From: an uncultured Gammaproteobacteria bacterium
GTDB lineage: Bacteria > Patescibacteriota > Patescibacteriia > Patescibacteriales > WJLG01
NCBI GenBank assembly: GCA_964547855.1
Contig: CAZJPG010000006.1
Location: 1,660-65,659, forward strand
Direction: 5' to 3'
DNA length: 64,000 nt
Below the pieces are notes generated by a model that saw nothing but the letters and a program-made list of their open reading frames with translations, ran no database searches and was not told where the DNA came from. Positions 53,866 to 63,330 of the stretch are shown here, in pieces (position 1 is the stretch's first letter; each line of letters opens with the position of its first letter). The translations under genes and the position numbers were made by a program.

Positions 53866-54939
53866 ATGAATAAAAATATAAAGACAAATCACGGAGAGCT
53901 GTCGATTCCGTTTTTTATGCCAGACGCAACTCGCGCCTTAGTTAAATTCTTGTCAGTAGACGAGGTATCTTCTTCTGGAATAGGCGCCCTGGTGGTAAAT
54001 ACACTTCATTTATATCTTGAGCCGGGCATGAAAATAATAAAAAAGGCTGGCGGAGTTCATAGATTCATGGACTGGAATGGTCCGCTTTTATCAGATTCTG
54101 GCGGGTACCAGGTCTTTTCTTTGATACACAAGAATCCAAAGATGGGCAAGATAGACGATAAGGGGGCGACTTTTAAATCGCCATCAGACGGATCACTGCA
54201 TTCTTTGACTCCAGAAAAATCCATCCAAATACAATTCGATCTTGGTGTCGATATGATGGTTTGTCTTGATGATTGTCCGCCAAATGAATTCTCGCGCGAA
54301 CAGATAGAGAAGGCGATAGACAGAACCGTAAAATGGGCTGGGCGCTGTAAGAAAGAATATGAAAAACAAATAAAGAAGCGGGGAATAAAGAAAGGTTCGC
54401 GTCCTTTATTATTTGCGGTCGTTCAAGGTGGTCAATATCCAGACTTAAGAGAGGAGTGTGCTAAAAAATTAGTTAAAATAGGCTTCGATGGTTATGGGTT
54501 TGGCGGTCGCCATTTTGATAAGGATGGAAAATTCTTAGAAGAGGCTCTTAAGGCGGTTCTGAGACCGTTACCGAAAAATTCACTAAAATTCGCACTTGGC
54601 ATAGGTTCCCCGGAAGACATAGTGCGTTGCCGCAAGATTGGCTGGGAGATGTTCGATTGTGTTATGCCGACACGCGAAGGTCGGCATGGAAAACTTTTTT
54701 TCCGAACAAAGGGGAAAAAGGTCGGCCAAAAAGATTTTTACCATACAGTGAATATTGGAAATAGTCGTTTTGCCACTGACTTCTCGCCAATAAATGCAAA
54801 GAGCAAGATCAAGCTTCTGCGCAAACACACCCTAGCCTACTTGCATCATCTTTTTAAGATAAACGACCCTCTTGGGTCTCGCCTGGCTAGCCTGAATAAT
54901 CTAGAATTTTATTCTGAATTAATGAAAAGCCTGAAATAA
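53866..54939 (+). CDS. tgt: tRNA-guanine transglycosylase family protein (divergent; zinc site absent)
   Basis: LLSDSGGYQVFSL and EMFDCVMPTREGRHG catalytic motifs are conserved. The GGLAVGE pocket is replaced by GGRHFDKDG. The CxCxxC...H zinc ligands read S, I, L and N. Confidence 0.8.
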   Translation: MNKNIKTNHGELSIPFFMPDATRALVKFLSVDEVSSSGIGALVVNTLHLYLEPGMKIIKKAGGVHRFMDWNGPLLSDSGGYQVFSLIHKNPKMGKIDDKGATFKSPSDGSLHSLTPEKSIQIQFDLGVDMMVCLDDCPPNEFSREQIEKAIDRTVKWAGRCKKEYEKQIKKRGIKKGSRPLLFAVVQGGQYPDLREECAKKLVKIGFDGYGFGGRHFDKDGKFLEEALKAVLRPLPKNSLKFALGIGSPEDIVRCRKIGWEMFDCVMPTREGRHGKLFFRTKGKKVGQKDFYHTVNIGNSRFATDFSPINAKSKIKLLRKHTLAYLHHLFKINDPLGSRLASLNNLEFYSELMKSLK

Positions 54940-54947
54940 AAGAAAAA

Positions 54948-54985
54948 ACGACCACACCGATTATGGTTTGGTCGTTTTGTTTTTC
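54948..54985. terminator. Bidirectional terminator between tgt and the 55002-55163 sORF
   Basis: acgacca...tggtcgt hairpin flanked by an A-run and a T-run. Confidence 0.6.
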
Positions 54986-55001
54986 GTGAATGAACGGGGG
55001 G

Positions 55002-55163
55002 TTATTTTTTCCTACCGCATGGCAAGAAGATGGAGTTGCCTATGTGATAGGCTTCGTTTTTGCCACAAAAGCAACAAGCGGCTGGATAATAAGGGCAATT
55101 TTGTGATTTTTCGACTTCATCAAAGAAGTCGACAGCTATTGTTTTGACGGTGGCTTTTGCCAT
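55002..55163 (-). CDS. 53-aa Cys-rich small protein
   Basis: SD gaggag 6 nt upstream. MAKATVKTIAVDFFDEVEKSQNCPYYPAACCFCGKNEAYHIGNSIFLPCGRKK. Below the ORF-track cutoff. Confidence 0.4.
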   Translation of the reverse strand: MAKATVKTIAVDFFDEVEKSQNCPYYPAACCFCGKNEAYHIGNSIFLPCGRKK

Positions 55164-55243
55164 GAGTCTCCTCTCAAAGTTGTTTAAAATGTTCGGTAAT
55201 TATTATAATATAGCATAATTTTAGCCAAATGTCAACACTTTCG

Positions 55244-55272
55244 TTGACTTTTAGCCTTTTGCGTGCTATATT
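55244..55272 (+). promoter_or_regulatory. Sigma70-type promoter of the RNase P RNA gene
   Basis: TTGACT, 17 nt spacer, TGcTATATT. Confidence 0.5.
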
Positions 55273-55297
55273 AGCCATATATAAATAAGTCCTTTAA

Positions 55298-55738
55298 ATC
55301 CCAGCAATTCCAGGGTGAACGAGCGACCGCTCGGCGTTTTTGCGTTGAGAGGAAAGTCCGGACTTTGAATATTTGGCCTTCTTGAGGCTGAATATGAAAG
55401 CGGCGGTGGATAACGCCCACGAGGAGAGATCCTACGGAAAGTGCCACAGAGACTATACTAACCTTTTGCCTAAAGGCAAGAGGTGAAAGGTGAAAAGAGA
55501 ATGGGTGTGAATATTGGCTTTTAGGATATCCTAGTCAGTCTTCGCTACCAATCTCGCCCCCGAGCGATCGGGGTGCCGTGGTAAACCCCGCCTAAAGCAA
55601 GGGCAAACTTGGGCCTTAAAAACCCAAAGGAACGTAGCCCGCTCGAGCCGACCGGTAACGATCGGCCAAGATAAATGGTCGCTCCCTTTACGAAGGGACA
55701 GAATCCGGCTTATAGCTCACCCTGGGATTATTGGGATT
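55298..55738 (+). ncRNA. rnpB: RNase P RNA (bacterial, type A-like)
   Basis: Universal GAGGAAAGTCCGG (CR-I), GGAAAGTGCCACAGA, and ACAGAATCCGGCTTA (CR-V). Terminal P1 pairing ccagggtga (55310) with tcaccctgg (55725). The exact ends are uncertain by about 15 nt. Confidence 0.9.
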
Positions 55739-55787
55739 TAAAATCGTGGCGCATGCGTCGCGCATAACACGCATTATTTGTTTTATT

Positions 55788-57203
55788 ATGAAACGTTCTG
55801 AGCTTTTCTTTTCGTTTCTCTTGGTTCCGCTTGACTACGCGATGATAGTCTTGGCTGGAATAGCTGCTTATCATTTGCGTTTTTCCGGACTCTTAAAAGG
55901 CTTGAGGCCGGTGGTCTTCGAGTTGCCATTCGATTCCTACATCAAGGCTCTATTGCCGCTTGGTGCGCTTTGGTTAATAGTTTTCTCCTTGACTGGCCTC
56001 TATAATATTCGCAGTGCTCGTAAGTTGTTCAGAGAACTTTATCGCGTTGTCCTGGCCTGCTCTACGGGCTTCATGTTGGTCGTTATTTTGATATTTATTC
56101 GTCGAGAACTCTTTGATTCTCGTTTTATAATCTTAGCCGGCTGGTTTTTAGCTATAATTTTTGTAAGTTTTGGCCGTTCTTTGATCAGATTGTCCCAAAG
56201 GATGCTTTACAATGCCAATATTGGCACCAAAGAAATAATCTTAGTAGGAGCCGGTAAGACTGCCGATTCTCTTGTTAGCTATTTCTCCAAGAACAAAGGG
56301 CTTGGATATAAGATAGTCAAACGTGTCCATGATTTCGAATTAGAGACCTCGCAAGAGCTGGCGGATCTTATAAATTCCAAAGAGGTGGATGAGATATTAC
56401 AAGCCGACCCTAATCTGACCAAGGCCGAAGTTATAAGACTATATGATTTTGCCGACGAGAATCACCTGACCTTTAAATACGTCGCTGACATATTGGATAC
56501 CAAGGTTTTGAAAACCGAATTCTCGGAATTAGCCGGAATCCCGATAATGGAGGTAAAAAGGACGACCTTGGATGGCTGGGGGCGTATAGCTAAGCGAATA
56601 TTCGATATAGCGATCTCGCTTTTGCTTATAGTCATCTTACTGCCACTAATCGTTTTAGTGGCCATTGTCATAAAATTGGAATCGCACGGACCGATATTCT
56701 TCTCGCGTCGCGATGACGATTCTCCGTTATATCGCGTTGGGCAAGGAGGCAAACTCTTTCGCTACTTCAAATTCCGTTCTATGAGAGACAAAAGCGATAG
56801 CATGCGCTATAACGAACTGGCTAGTAACAATTTGCGAAAGGACGGCCCATTAGTGAAGATAAAGGACGATCCTCGCGTTACGAAATTCGGAAGATTCTTG
56901 CGAAGATTCTCGATCGACGAATTGCCGGAATTTTTCCTTGTCCTCAAAGGCGACATGTCCTTAGTCGGTCCGCGTCCGCATTTACCAGAGGAAGTCGCTA
57001 AATATGAGCGACACCACAGAAAAGTTTTGACCATAAAACCTGGAATAACCGGCATGGCCCAAATATCCGGTCGAAGCGATTTGACCTTCGAAGAGGAAGT
57101 GAAATTAGACACTTACTACATAGAGAATTGGTCTATTATAATGGACTTAACCATATTATTAAGGACGCCGTTGGCCGTTTTAAGAAGACGAGCCGCTGAA
57201 TAA
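55788..57203 (+). CDS. Polyprenyl-phosphate glycosyl-1-phosphate transferase (WbaP/EpsB-type bacterial sugar transferase)
   Basis: N-terminal TM bundle. C-terminal KRIFDIAISLLL...KFRSM...KDDPRVTKFGRFLRRFSIDELPEF...GDMSLVGPRP. Confidence 0.85.
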   Translation: MKRSELFFSFLLVPLDYAMIVLAGIAAYHLRFSGLLKGLRPVVFELPFDSYIKALLPLGALWLIVFSLTGLYNIRSARKLFRELYRVVLACSTGFMLVVILIFIRRELFDSRFIILAGWFLAIIFVSFGRSLIRLSQRMLYNANIGTKEIILVGAGKTADSLVSYFSKNKGLGYKIVKRVHDFELETSQELADLINSKEVDEILQADPNLTKAEVIRLYDFADENHLTFKYVADILDTKVLKTEFSELAGIPIMEVKRTTLDGWGRIAKRIFDIAISLLLIVILLPLIVLVAIVIKLESHGPIFFSRRDDDSPLYRVGQGGKLFRYFKFRSMRDKSDSMRYNELASNNLRKDGPLVKIKDDPRVTKFGRFLRRFSIDELPEFFLVLKGDMSLVGPRPHLPEEVAKYERHHRKVLTIKPGITGMAQISGRSDLTFEEEVKLDTYYIENWSIIMDLTILLRTPLAVLRRRAAE

Positions 57204-57207
57204 AAAA

Positions 57208-58347
57208 ATGAAAGTAGCACTCATACATGACCATTTGGCACAGGACGGTGGAGCTGAAAAAGTCCTCAAGGTCTTTGCCGAAATGTTCCCCGAAGCGCCT
57301 ATATTCACACTACTTTGCGAACAAGGCAATGTCGATAAATACTACAAGGACCGCAGAATAGACACTTCTATAATCCAGAGGCTTCCTGGAGGCGTTAAAC
57401 ACTATCAGTGGTATATGCCTTTTATGCCTATGGCCGTCGAATTCTTCGATTTATCGGCCTACGATTTAGTGTTGTCGGACTCAAGCTCGTTCGCCAAAGG
57501 AGTTATCACTAAGCCGGAAACTCTGCACATCGATTATTGCCATACCCCGACAAGATATGCCTGGAGTGACACGCATCAATATATAAACGAGCTTAAATAC
57601 AACAAATTCTTTAAAAAGATAATTTCCTTGGCCTTGAACTATATAAGAATCTGGGACCGCCAAGCCGCCGATCGCGTCGATCTTTTCATCGCTAACTCAA
57701 AGACCGTTCAAAAACGCATCGAAAAATATTACAGAAGAGATTCCAGTCTAATATATCCGCCAGTGGATACTGAAAAATATTCATTGTCACAGAGCCTTAT
57801 CGATGAAGCTTTGAAAAAAGAGGAATATTTTCTCATTGGATGTCGTTTAGCTCCTTATAAACGCGTAGACATCGTCATAAAGGCCTTCAAGGAGATGCCT
57901 GATAAAAAATTAAAAATCTTCGGAGACGGCGTCGACATGAAACGTTTAATGTCTTTAGCCGAAGGGGCGACTAATATAGAATTCTTAGGGAGAGTAGAGG
58001 ATGATATTTTGGCTAAATTGTACCGTAACGCTAAGGCCTTCATCCATCCTCAAGAGGAAGATTTTGGCATTTCTCCGGTCGAAGCGATGGCCTGCGGCTG
58101 TCCTGTCATAGCCTATCGTAAGGGCGGAGCCACAGAGACAGTCGTCGAAGGTGTGACCGGAATGTTCTTCGAGGAACAAAAAAAGGAGGCTATTATAACG
58201 GCTGTTAAAGATTTTCGCGGCCAAGACCTTAAAGAAAGCGATATACGAGCCCAAGCCGAAAAATTCAGTACCATCGAATTCAAAAAGAGGATAAAAGAAT
58301 TCGTAGATACGGAATACGAAAAATTCAAATCAAATAACAAAAAATAA
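57208..58347 (+). CDS. Glycosyltransferase family 4
   Basis: GT-B fold with the [19 protein letters not shown] motif. Confidence 0.85.
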   Translation: MKVALIHDHLAQDGGAEKVLKVFAEMFPEAPIFTLLCEQGNVDKYYKDRRIDTSIIQRLPGGVKHYQWYMPFMPMAVEFFDLSAYDLVLSDSSSFAKGVITKPETLHIDYCHTPTRYAWSDTHQYINELKYNKFFKKIISLALNYIRIWDRQAADRVDLFIANSKTVQKRIEKYYRRDSSLIYPPVDTEKYSLSQSLIDEALKKEEYFLIGCRLAPYKRVDIVIKAFKEMPDKKLKIFGDGVDMKRLMSLAEGATNIEFLGRVEDDILAKLYRNAKAFIHPQEEDFGISPVEAMACGCPVIAYRKGGATETVVEGVTGMFFEEQKKEAIITAVKDFRGQDLKESDIRAQAEKFSTIEFKKRIKEFVDTEYEKFKSNNKK

Positions 58348-58369
58348 AATTCCTTAGTGGGAATTCGTT

Positions 58370-59533
58370 ATGCGAATAGGGGTTGATATAAGAACTTTAA
58401 TGGATAAACAATATTCGGGCGTGTCTTGGTACACGTTCGATTTGTTAATGGAAATATTGAGACAAGACAAGGCTAATGAATACATTCTATATTACAATTC
58501 CGGGCATGATATCTCCGACCGCATGCCGAAATTCGAACAGAGCAATGTCAAAACCATCAACACTAGTTATCCTAACAAATTCTTTAACTACATACTGCAA
58601 AAAATATTCAATTGGCCGAAGCTTGATGGTGTAGTAGGTGAAGTTGACGTATTTTGGCAACCGCACATAAATTTTTCGTCTTTTTCTAATAAAACAAAGG
58701 TTATTTTAACTGTACACGATCTATCGTTTTTAATTTTCCCGGAATTTTTCTCTTGGCGCAAAAGCATTTGGCATTCTTTTATGGGTCTAAAAAAACTTAT
58801 AAACAGAGCCGATAAGATCGTGGCCATCTCGGAAAGCACTAAAATGGACCTTGTTAATTTTTTTCCATCCAGCAAAGACAAAATAGTCATCGTGTACTCT
58901 GGTTCTGGAAATGAATTTCGCCCTATATCGTCCGACGATGCAAAACTAAAGCAAGTCAAGGATAAATATGGCCTTGGTGAAAAGTTCATACTGAGCATAG
59001 GTACTACCGAGCCGCGCAAGAATATAGCCGGCTTAATAAGGGCGTTCGATCAAGCCGAACTGGAAGGATGGCAACTTGTCTTAGTGGGGGCTGACGGATG
59101 GAAAAATAAAGAATTACGCAAAAAACTCGAAGAACGAAAAAAGGATAATATAAAATGTCTGGGGTACATAGACAAAGAAGACAGACCTTATCTTTATAAT
59201 TTGGCCAGTGCATTCTCTTACGTTTCGTTTTATGAGGGTTTTGGACTTCCTGTATTAGAGGCGATGGCTTGCGGCTGTCCGGTAATAACTAGTAATGTAT
59301 CGTCGATGCCGGAGATAGCTGGCGATGCGGCTGTGCTCGTTAACCCTAGTAATGACAATGACCTAGCGATCACCATCAAATCATTATCGTCTAGCGAAGA
59401 ATTGCGTCGGACTTATTCGGAAAAAGGTCTTTTGCGGGCTAAAAATTTTAGTTGGCAAAGAACAGCAGAGGAATATCTTTCAATATTAAGATCGATAAAC
59501 CAAGAAAAAAGTAATTATGCTAAAAAGCGTTAA
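58370..59533 (+). CDS. Glycosyltransferase family 4
   Basis: [21 protein letters not shown] motif. Confidence 0.85.
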   Translation: MRIGVDIRTLMDKQYSGVSWYTFDLLMEILRQDKANEYILYYNSGHDISDRMPKFEQSNVKTINTSYPNKFFNYILQKIFNWPKLDGVVGEVDVFWQPHINFSSFSNKTKVILTVHDLSFLIFPEFFSWRKSIWHSFMGLKKLINRADKIVAISESTKMDLVNFFPSSKDKIVIVYSGSGNEFRPISSDDAKLKQVKDKYGLGEKFILSIGTTEPRKNIAGLIRAFDQAELEGWQLVLVGADGWKNKELRKKLEERKKDNIKCLGYIDKEDRPYLYNLASAFSYVSFYEGFGLPVLEAMACGCPVITSNVSSMPEIAGDAAVLVNPSNDNDLAITIKSLSSSEELRRTYSEKGLLRAKNFSWQRTAEEYLSILRSINQEKSNYAKKR

Positions 59534-60575
59534 AAAAAATACAACTCAACGTCGAGTCGCAATAGCCATGTCCGGAGGCGTTGACTCATCGACTGTCGCC
59601 AGAATGTTGCGCGATAAAGGTTATGATTGCGTTGGGGTTTTCATGCGCCTTGGGATAGAACGTGGTTGTTGTGATGAGGCTGCGGCCAGAAGAGTTTGCA
59701 CAAAACTAGGAATAAAATTTTACCCCGTAGACGTGCGAGTTAAATTTAGAAAAGAAGTTAAAGATTATTTCTTGAAAGCTTACGAAAAAGGTATCACACC
59801 CAACCCTTGCGTGGCTTGTAATAAATTCATAAAGTTCGGAGAGTTGCTTAAAAAAGCAGGGGATTTAGGCTGTGATTACCTGGCCACAGGTCATTATATA
59901 AAGATAAAAAAGATCGGTAGCACATATAAACTTTACAAGGCTAAAGATTCGTCCAAGGACCAATCTTACTTTCTCTACAACCTTACTCAAAATGATCTGT
60001 CAAAAATACTTTTTCCATTAGGTGATTCTTTAAAGGAGAAACTTAAAAACAAAGCGACAAAAGACGATTTGCCATTTTTAAAGAAAGAGTCACAGGACAT
60101 CTGCTTCTTGGCCGGTGACCATAATGAATTTTTAAAGAACAACCTTAAATTAAAAAAGGGGGTAATAAAAACTCTGGACGGCGAGGTCGTTGGCGAACAT
60201 CAAGGTCTGCCACTATATACCATAGGGCAGAGGAAGGGGGTCGAGATCGGTGGCAAGGGGCCATATTACGTGGTCAAAGGAGACACAAAGACAAATACTT
60301 TATACGTGACTAATAAGCCAGACGAAGAATCTCTTTATGGCAAGTCCGTCGAAGCTGAAAACATTAACTGGATATCTGGAAAAACGCCAAAATCACCATT
60401 TAAATGCTCGACTGTCATACGTTATCGACACAAGCCCGTGCCTTGTACTGTCTATAGCAAAGAAAATGGTGAAATAACAGTGAAATTTTTGAACGCACAA
60501 AGAGCGATAACCCCAGGACAAAGCATAGTTTTCTATAAAAACGACGAGCTCTTAGGAGGGGCTATAATAAAATGA
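59517..60575 (+). CDS. mnmA: tRNA 2-thiouridine(34) synthase
   Basis: PP-loop AMSGGVDSS, catalytic NPCVACNKFIKF, DQSYFL. Overlaps the upstream gene by 17 nt. Confidence 0.9.
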   Translation: MLKSVKKNTTQRRVAIAMSGGVDSSTVARMLRDKGYDCVGVFMRLGIERGCCDEAAARRVCTKLGIKFYPVDVRVKFRKEVKDYFLKAYEKGITPNPCVACNKFIKFGELLKKAGDLGCDYLATGHYIKIKKIGSTYKLYKAKDSSKDQSYFLYNLTQNDLSKILFPLGDSLKEKLKNKATKDDLPFLKKESQDICFLAGDHNEFLKNNLKLKKGVIKTLDGEVVGEHQGLPLYTIGQRKGVEIGGKGPYYVVKGDTKTNTLYVTNKPDEESLYGKSVEAENINWISGKTPKSPFKCSTVIRYRHKPVPCTVYSKENGEITVKFLNAQRAITPGQSIVFYKNDELLGGAIIK

Positions 60576-60655
60576 TATTGACAAAAAGTCAAAAAAGGAC
60601 TTTAATTTAACCATTGTTAGAAGTACCTTCAAATCCACCCTGAAAGGGAGGAGAA

Positions 60656-61369
60656 ATGAAAAAAATCATCTACCTGACGATAATACTATCGTCTTTGACC
60701 GGCCTGTCTTTATCTGAAGACAGAGTTTATGTCACTTGCCACGACAAACCTTTTATGAGCTGCGAAGAGGCTGAAATGATAGCCATTAAAGCCGACGTAG
60801 CGATAATCGACGTGGAGAATTCTGTCAACAATCCGGAGATCATCAGATTGATCAAGATCATCAAGCCAAAAATGAAGATCATAGCTCGTATCAATCTGAC
60901 TGGAACTAAATTTCCGATCGGAGCATTTCGTCCAATACAAGGAGAATTGCTTCGCCGCGCGCAACAACTGGGCGAATCTATTTGGCTTAAAGATTCGGCC
61001 GGCAGGCCGGTGGTCGACCCCCGAGAGGGGGGTGCGTATGTTTTTAATGTTAGCGCGGATGATTCTCTCCGCCAAAACAAAGAATACATAGCACTAGCCG
61101 CCGAAATTTACTCCTCTCAAGTCTCATCTACCCCAATTTGGGATGGCTTTTGCGTCGAATCCGATTGGAATATGATTCCAAGAAAAGTCGGAGAGAGTTA
61201 TTACATGGAAAAAGTTCGCAAAGGCTCTGGATCTTTCTTCGTCGATGCCGATCAAAACGGTGTCAACGACACTCCTTTACAATTCCTAAAGGGGTGGAAA
61301 AATGGGATAGACCAATTCATATCCCTAATGAAAGAAAGAGAGGCGACGTATTTTGTTCTTGTCTATTAA
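60656..61369 (+). CDS. Hypothetical secreted protein
   Basis: Signal peptide MKKIIYLTIILSSLTGLSLS and a gggaggag SD. No confident family. Confidence 0.5.
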   Translation: MKKIIYLTIILSSLTGLSLSEDRVYVTCHDKPFMSCEEAEMIAIKADVAIIDVENSVNNPEIIRLIKIIKPKMKIIARINLTGTKFPIGAFRPIQGELLRRAQQLGESIWLKDSAGRPVVDPREGGAYVFNVSADDSLRQNKEYIALAAEIYSSQVSSTPIWDGFCVESDWNMIPRKVGESYYMEKVRKGSGSFFVDADQNGVNDTPLQFLKGWKNGIDQFISLMKEREATYFVLVY

Positions 61370-61652
61370 GTAGCGTCAAAGGAACGACCATTCGCGGTTG
61401 CTCCTTTTTTATTTAAAATAAGCTATTTTATACCTAACCACTAAATATCCGCCGATATTTGACTTTTTCTATAACTTATACTAAAATTAAACAAAGAAAG
61501 CCTATTTTAAATAGGACTTTCTATTTTATTTATTTTAATAAAACCCACGCCCTGAACGCTTTAAGGGAAACCTTGTTCCTTGGATATAACGCCAAGGGAT
61601 CCAATTGTCAGGACGGAGGAACCGAATCATTTCGGTAAAAAGGAAAAACACT

Positions 61653-62351
61653 ATGGCTAAAACGCCTAAAATCGAGCAGATGCTGGAGGCTGGTATGCAC
61701 TTCGGCCACAGCACCCAAAGATGGCACCCAAAGATGAAGCCTTACATCTTCGGAGCCAAGAAAGGTATCTATATCATTGACCTTTCTAAAACTTCTAAGG
61801 CTTTTGATAGCGCCCTCTCCTTTATGGAGAACTTGGTCCGTGAGAGCAAGACAATTCTTTTTGTCGGCACTAAGAACCAGGTAAAGGCTAAAATGAAAGA
61901 AGCAGCATCGGCCATGGAGATGCCATACATCTCCGAGAAATGGCTTTGCGGTTTGTTAACGAATTTCACCGTCTTCAAGAAGATGATCAAGAAGTACAGA
62001 GACCTCACTGAAGAGAAAAAACTCGGTAAACTCGATCGCTACACCAAGAAAGAACGTTTGGATTTCGACAGAGAGATCGAACGTCTTGAGAAGAAGGTTG
62101 GAGGATTGGTTAATCTTAATAAGCTTCCAGATGCCTTGTTCATCTGGGATGTCAAAAAAGAAGCTACCGCCATCGCCGAAGCTAAACAGAAGAATATCCC
62201 TATCATCGCTGTCTGCGACACCAATGTCAATCCGACATTGGTCAACTACCCAATACCTTCAAATGACGATGCCACTAAGGCCGTCAATCTCATACTAGAC
62301 TGCGTCAAGGACAATGTCCTGGAGGCCAAAAAGAATCCGGCTAAGCAGTAA
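61653..62351 (+). CDS. rpsB: 30S ribosomal protein S2
   Basis: MLEAGMHFGHSTQRWHPKM... The start is placed at MAKTPKIEQ. Confidence 0.95.
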   Translation: MAKTPKIEQMLEAGMHFGHSTQRWHPKMKPYIFGAKKGIYIIDLSKTSKAFDSALSFMENLVRESKTILFVGTKNQVKAKMKEAASAMEMPYISEKWLCGLLTNFTVFKKMIKKYRDLTEEKKLGKLDRYTKKERLDFDREIERLEKKVGGLVNLNKLPDALFIWDVKKEATAIAEAKQKNIPIIAVCDTNVNPTLVNYPIPSNDDATKAVNLILDCVKDNVLEAKKNPAKQ

Positions 62352-62414
62352 AAACAAAATAAAAAATGGACTTCCTCTCGGGCCCATGGCGCGAAGAGGA
62401 GGACCGATAAACCT

Positions 62415-63209
62415 ATGGAACTCATCAAAGAATTGCGTGAAAGAAGCGGCGCTGGAATGATGGACTGCAAAAAAGCGCTAGAAGAGTCCAATAACGACAT
62501 CGAAGCCGCCTTGGAATTGCTTCGTAAGAAAGGTATCGCTAAGGCCGCCAAAAGAGGCGACCGCGATGCCAACGAAGGCGTTATCGAATTGTCGGTCAAT
62601 GAAGCTGGCAACGAAGGCTACATGATCGAGCTTAATTCCGAGACCGACTTCGTAGCTCGTAACGATAAATTCCGTGAGTTAGCTCAGAGTGTCTTGGAGG
62701 CCGTCAAAGCTGGAAAACCAGCCGACATGGACGCTCTACTGGCCCTGCCTTTAGGAGGGACTACTGTCAAAGAGGCTATCGACGAGCTATCCGGAACTAT
62801 CGGTGAGAAACTCAGCTTAAAACAGTTCACCGTTTTATCGGCTCCTACTGTTGGTGCTTATTCTCACATGGGCGGAAAGATCGGAGTCTTACTTGCTTTG
62901 GACGTCGCTGGCAAAAATGAACTCGCTACTGACATAGCTATGCAAGTGGCTGCCTCAAACCCTTCTTATATCAGCCCAGAACAAGTTCCAGCCGAGAACA
63001 TAGAGAAAGAGAAGGAGATCGAACGCGAGATACTTACCAAGGAAGGCAAGCCTGCCAACGTCATCGAAAAGATACTTGAAGGTAAGATCAACAAATATTT
63101 CGAGAATAACTGCCTTGTTAAGCAGGAATTCATTAAGGATGACGACAAAAAAGTCGAACAGGTCCTTGATGGAGCCAAGATCGTCGATTTCAAGAGATTT
63201 GGCATGTAA
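62415..63209 (+). CDS. tsf: Translation elongation factor Ts
   Basis: UBA-like N-terminus ELRERSGAGMMDCKKALEE. Conserved rpsB-tsf synteny. Confidence 0.9.
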   Translation: MELIKELRERSGAGMMDCKKALEESNNDIEAALELLRKKGIAKAAKRGDRDANEGVIELSVNEAGNEGYMIELNSETDFVARNDKFRELAQSVLEAVKAGKPADMDALLALPLGGTTVKEAIDELSGTIGEKLSLKQFTVLSAPTVGAYSHMGGKIGVLLALDVAGKNELATDIAMQVAASNPSYISPEQVPAENIEKEKEIEREILTKEGKPANVIEKILEGKINKYFENNCLVKQEFIKDDDKKVEQVLDGAKIVDFKRFGM

Positions 63210-63330
63210 TTATAGATTTTGCGAATATCTGGCAAAGGGGTTGTCGTTAGCATTTGAACAAGCGGCGGCGACCCCTTTGTCTTTATTAGAAGATTTTACT
63301 TTTTAAAGCGTTAAGGGTAAACTATTTGCT

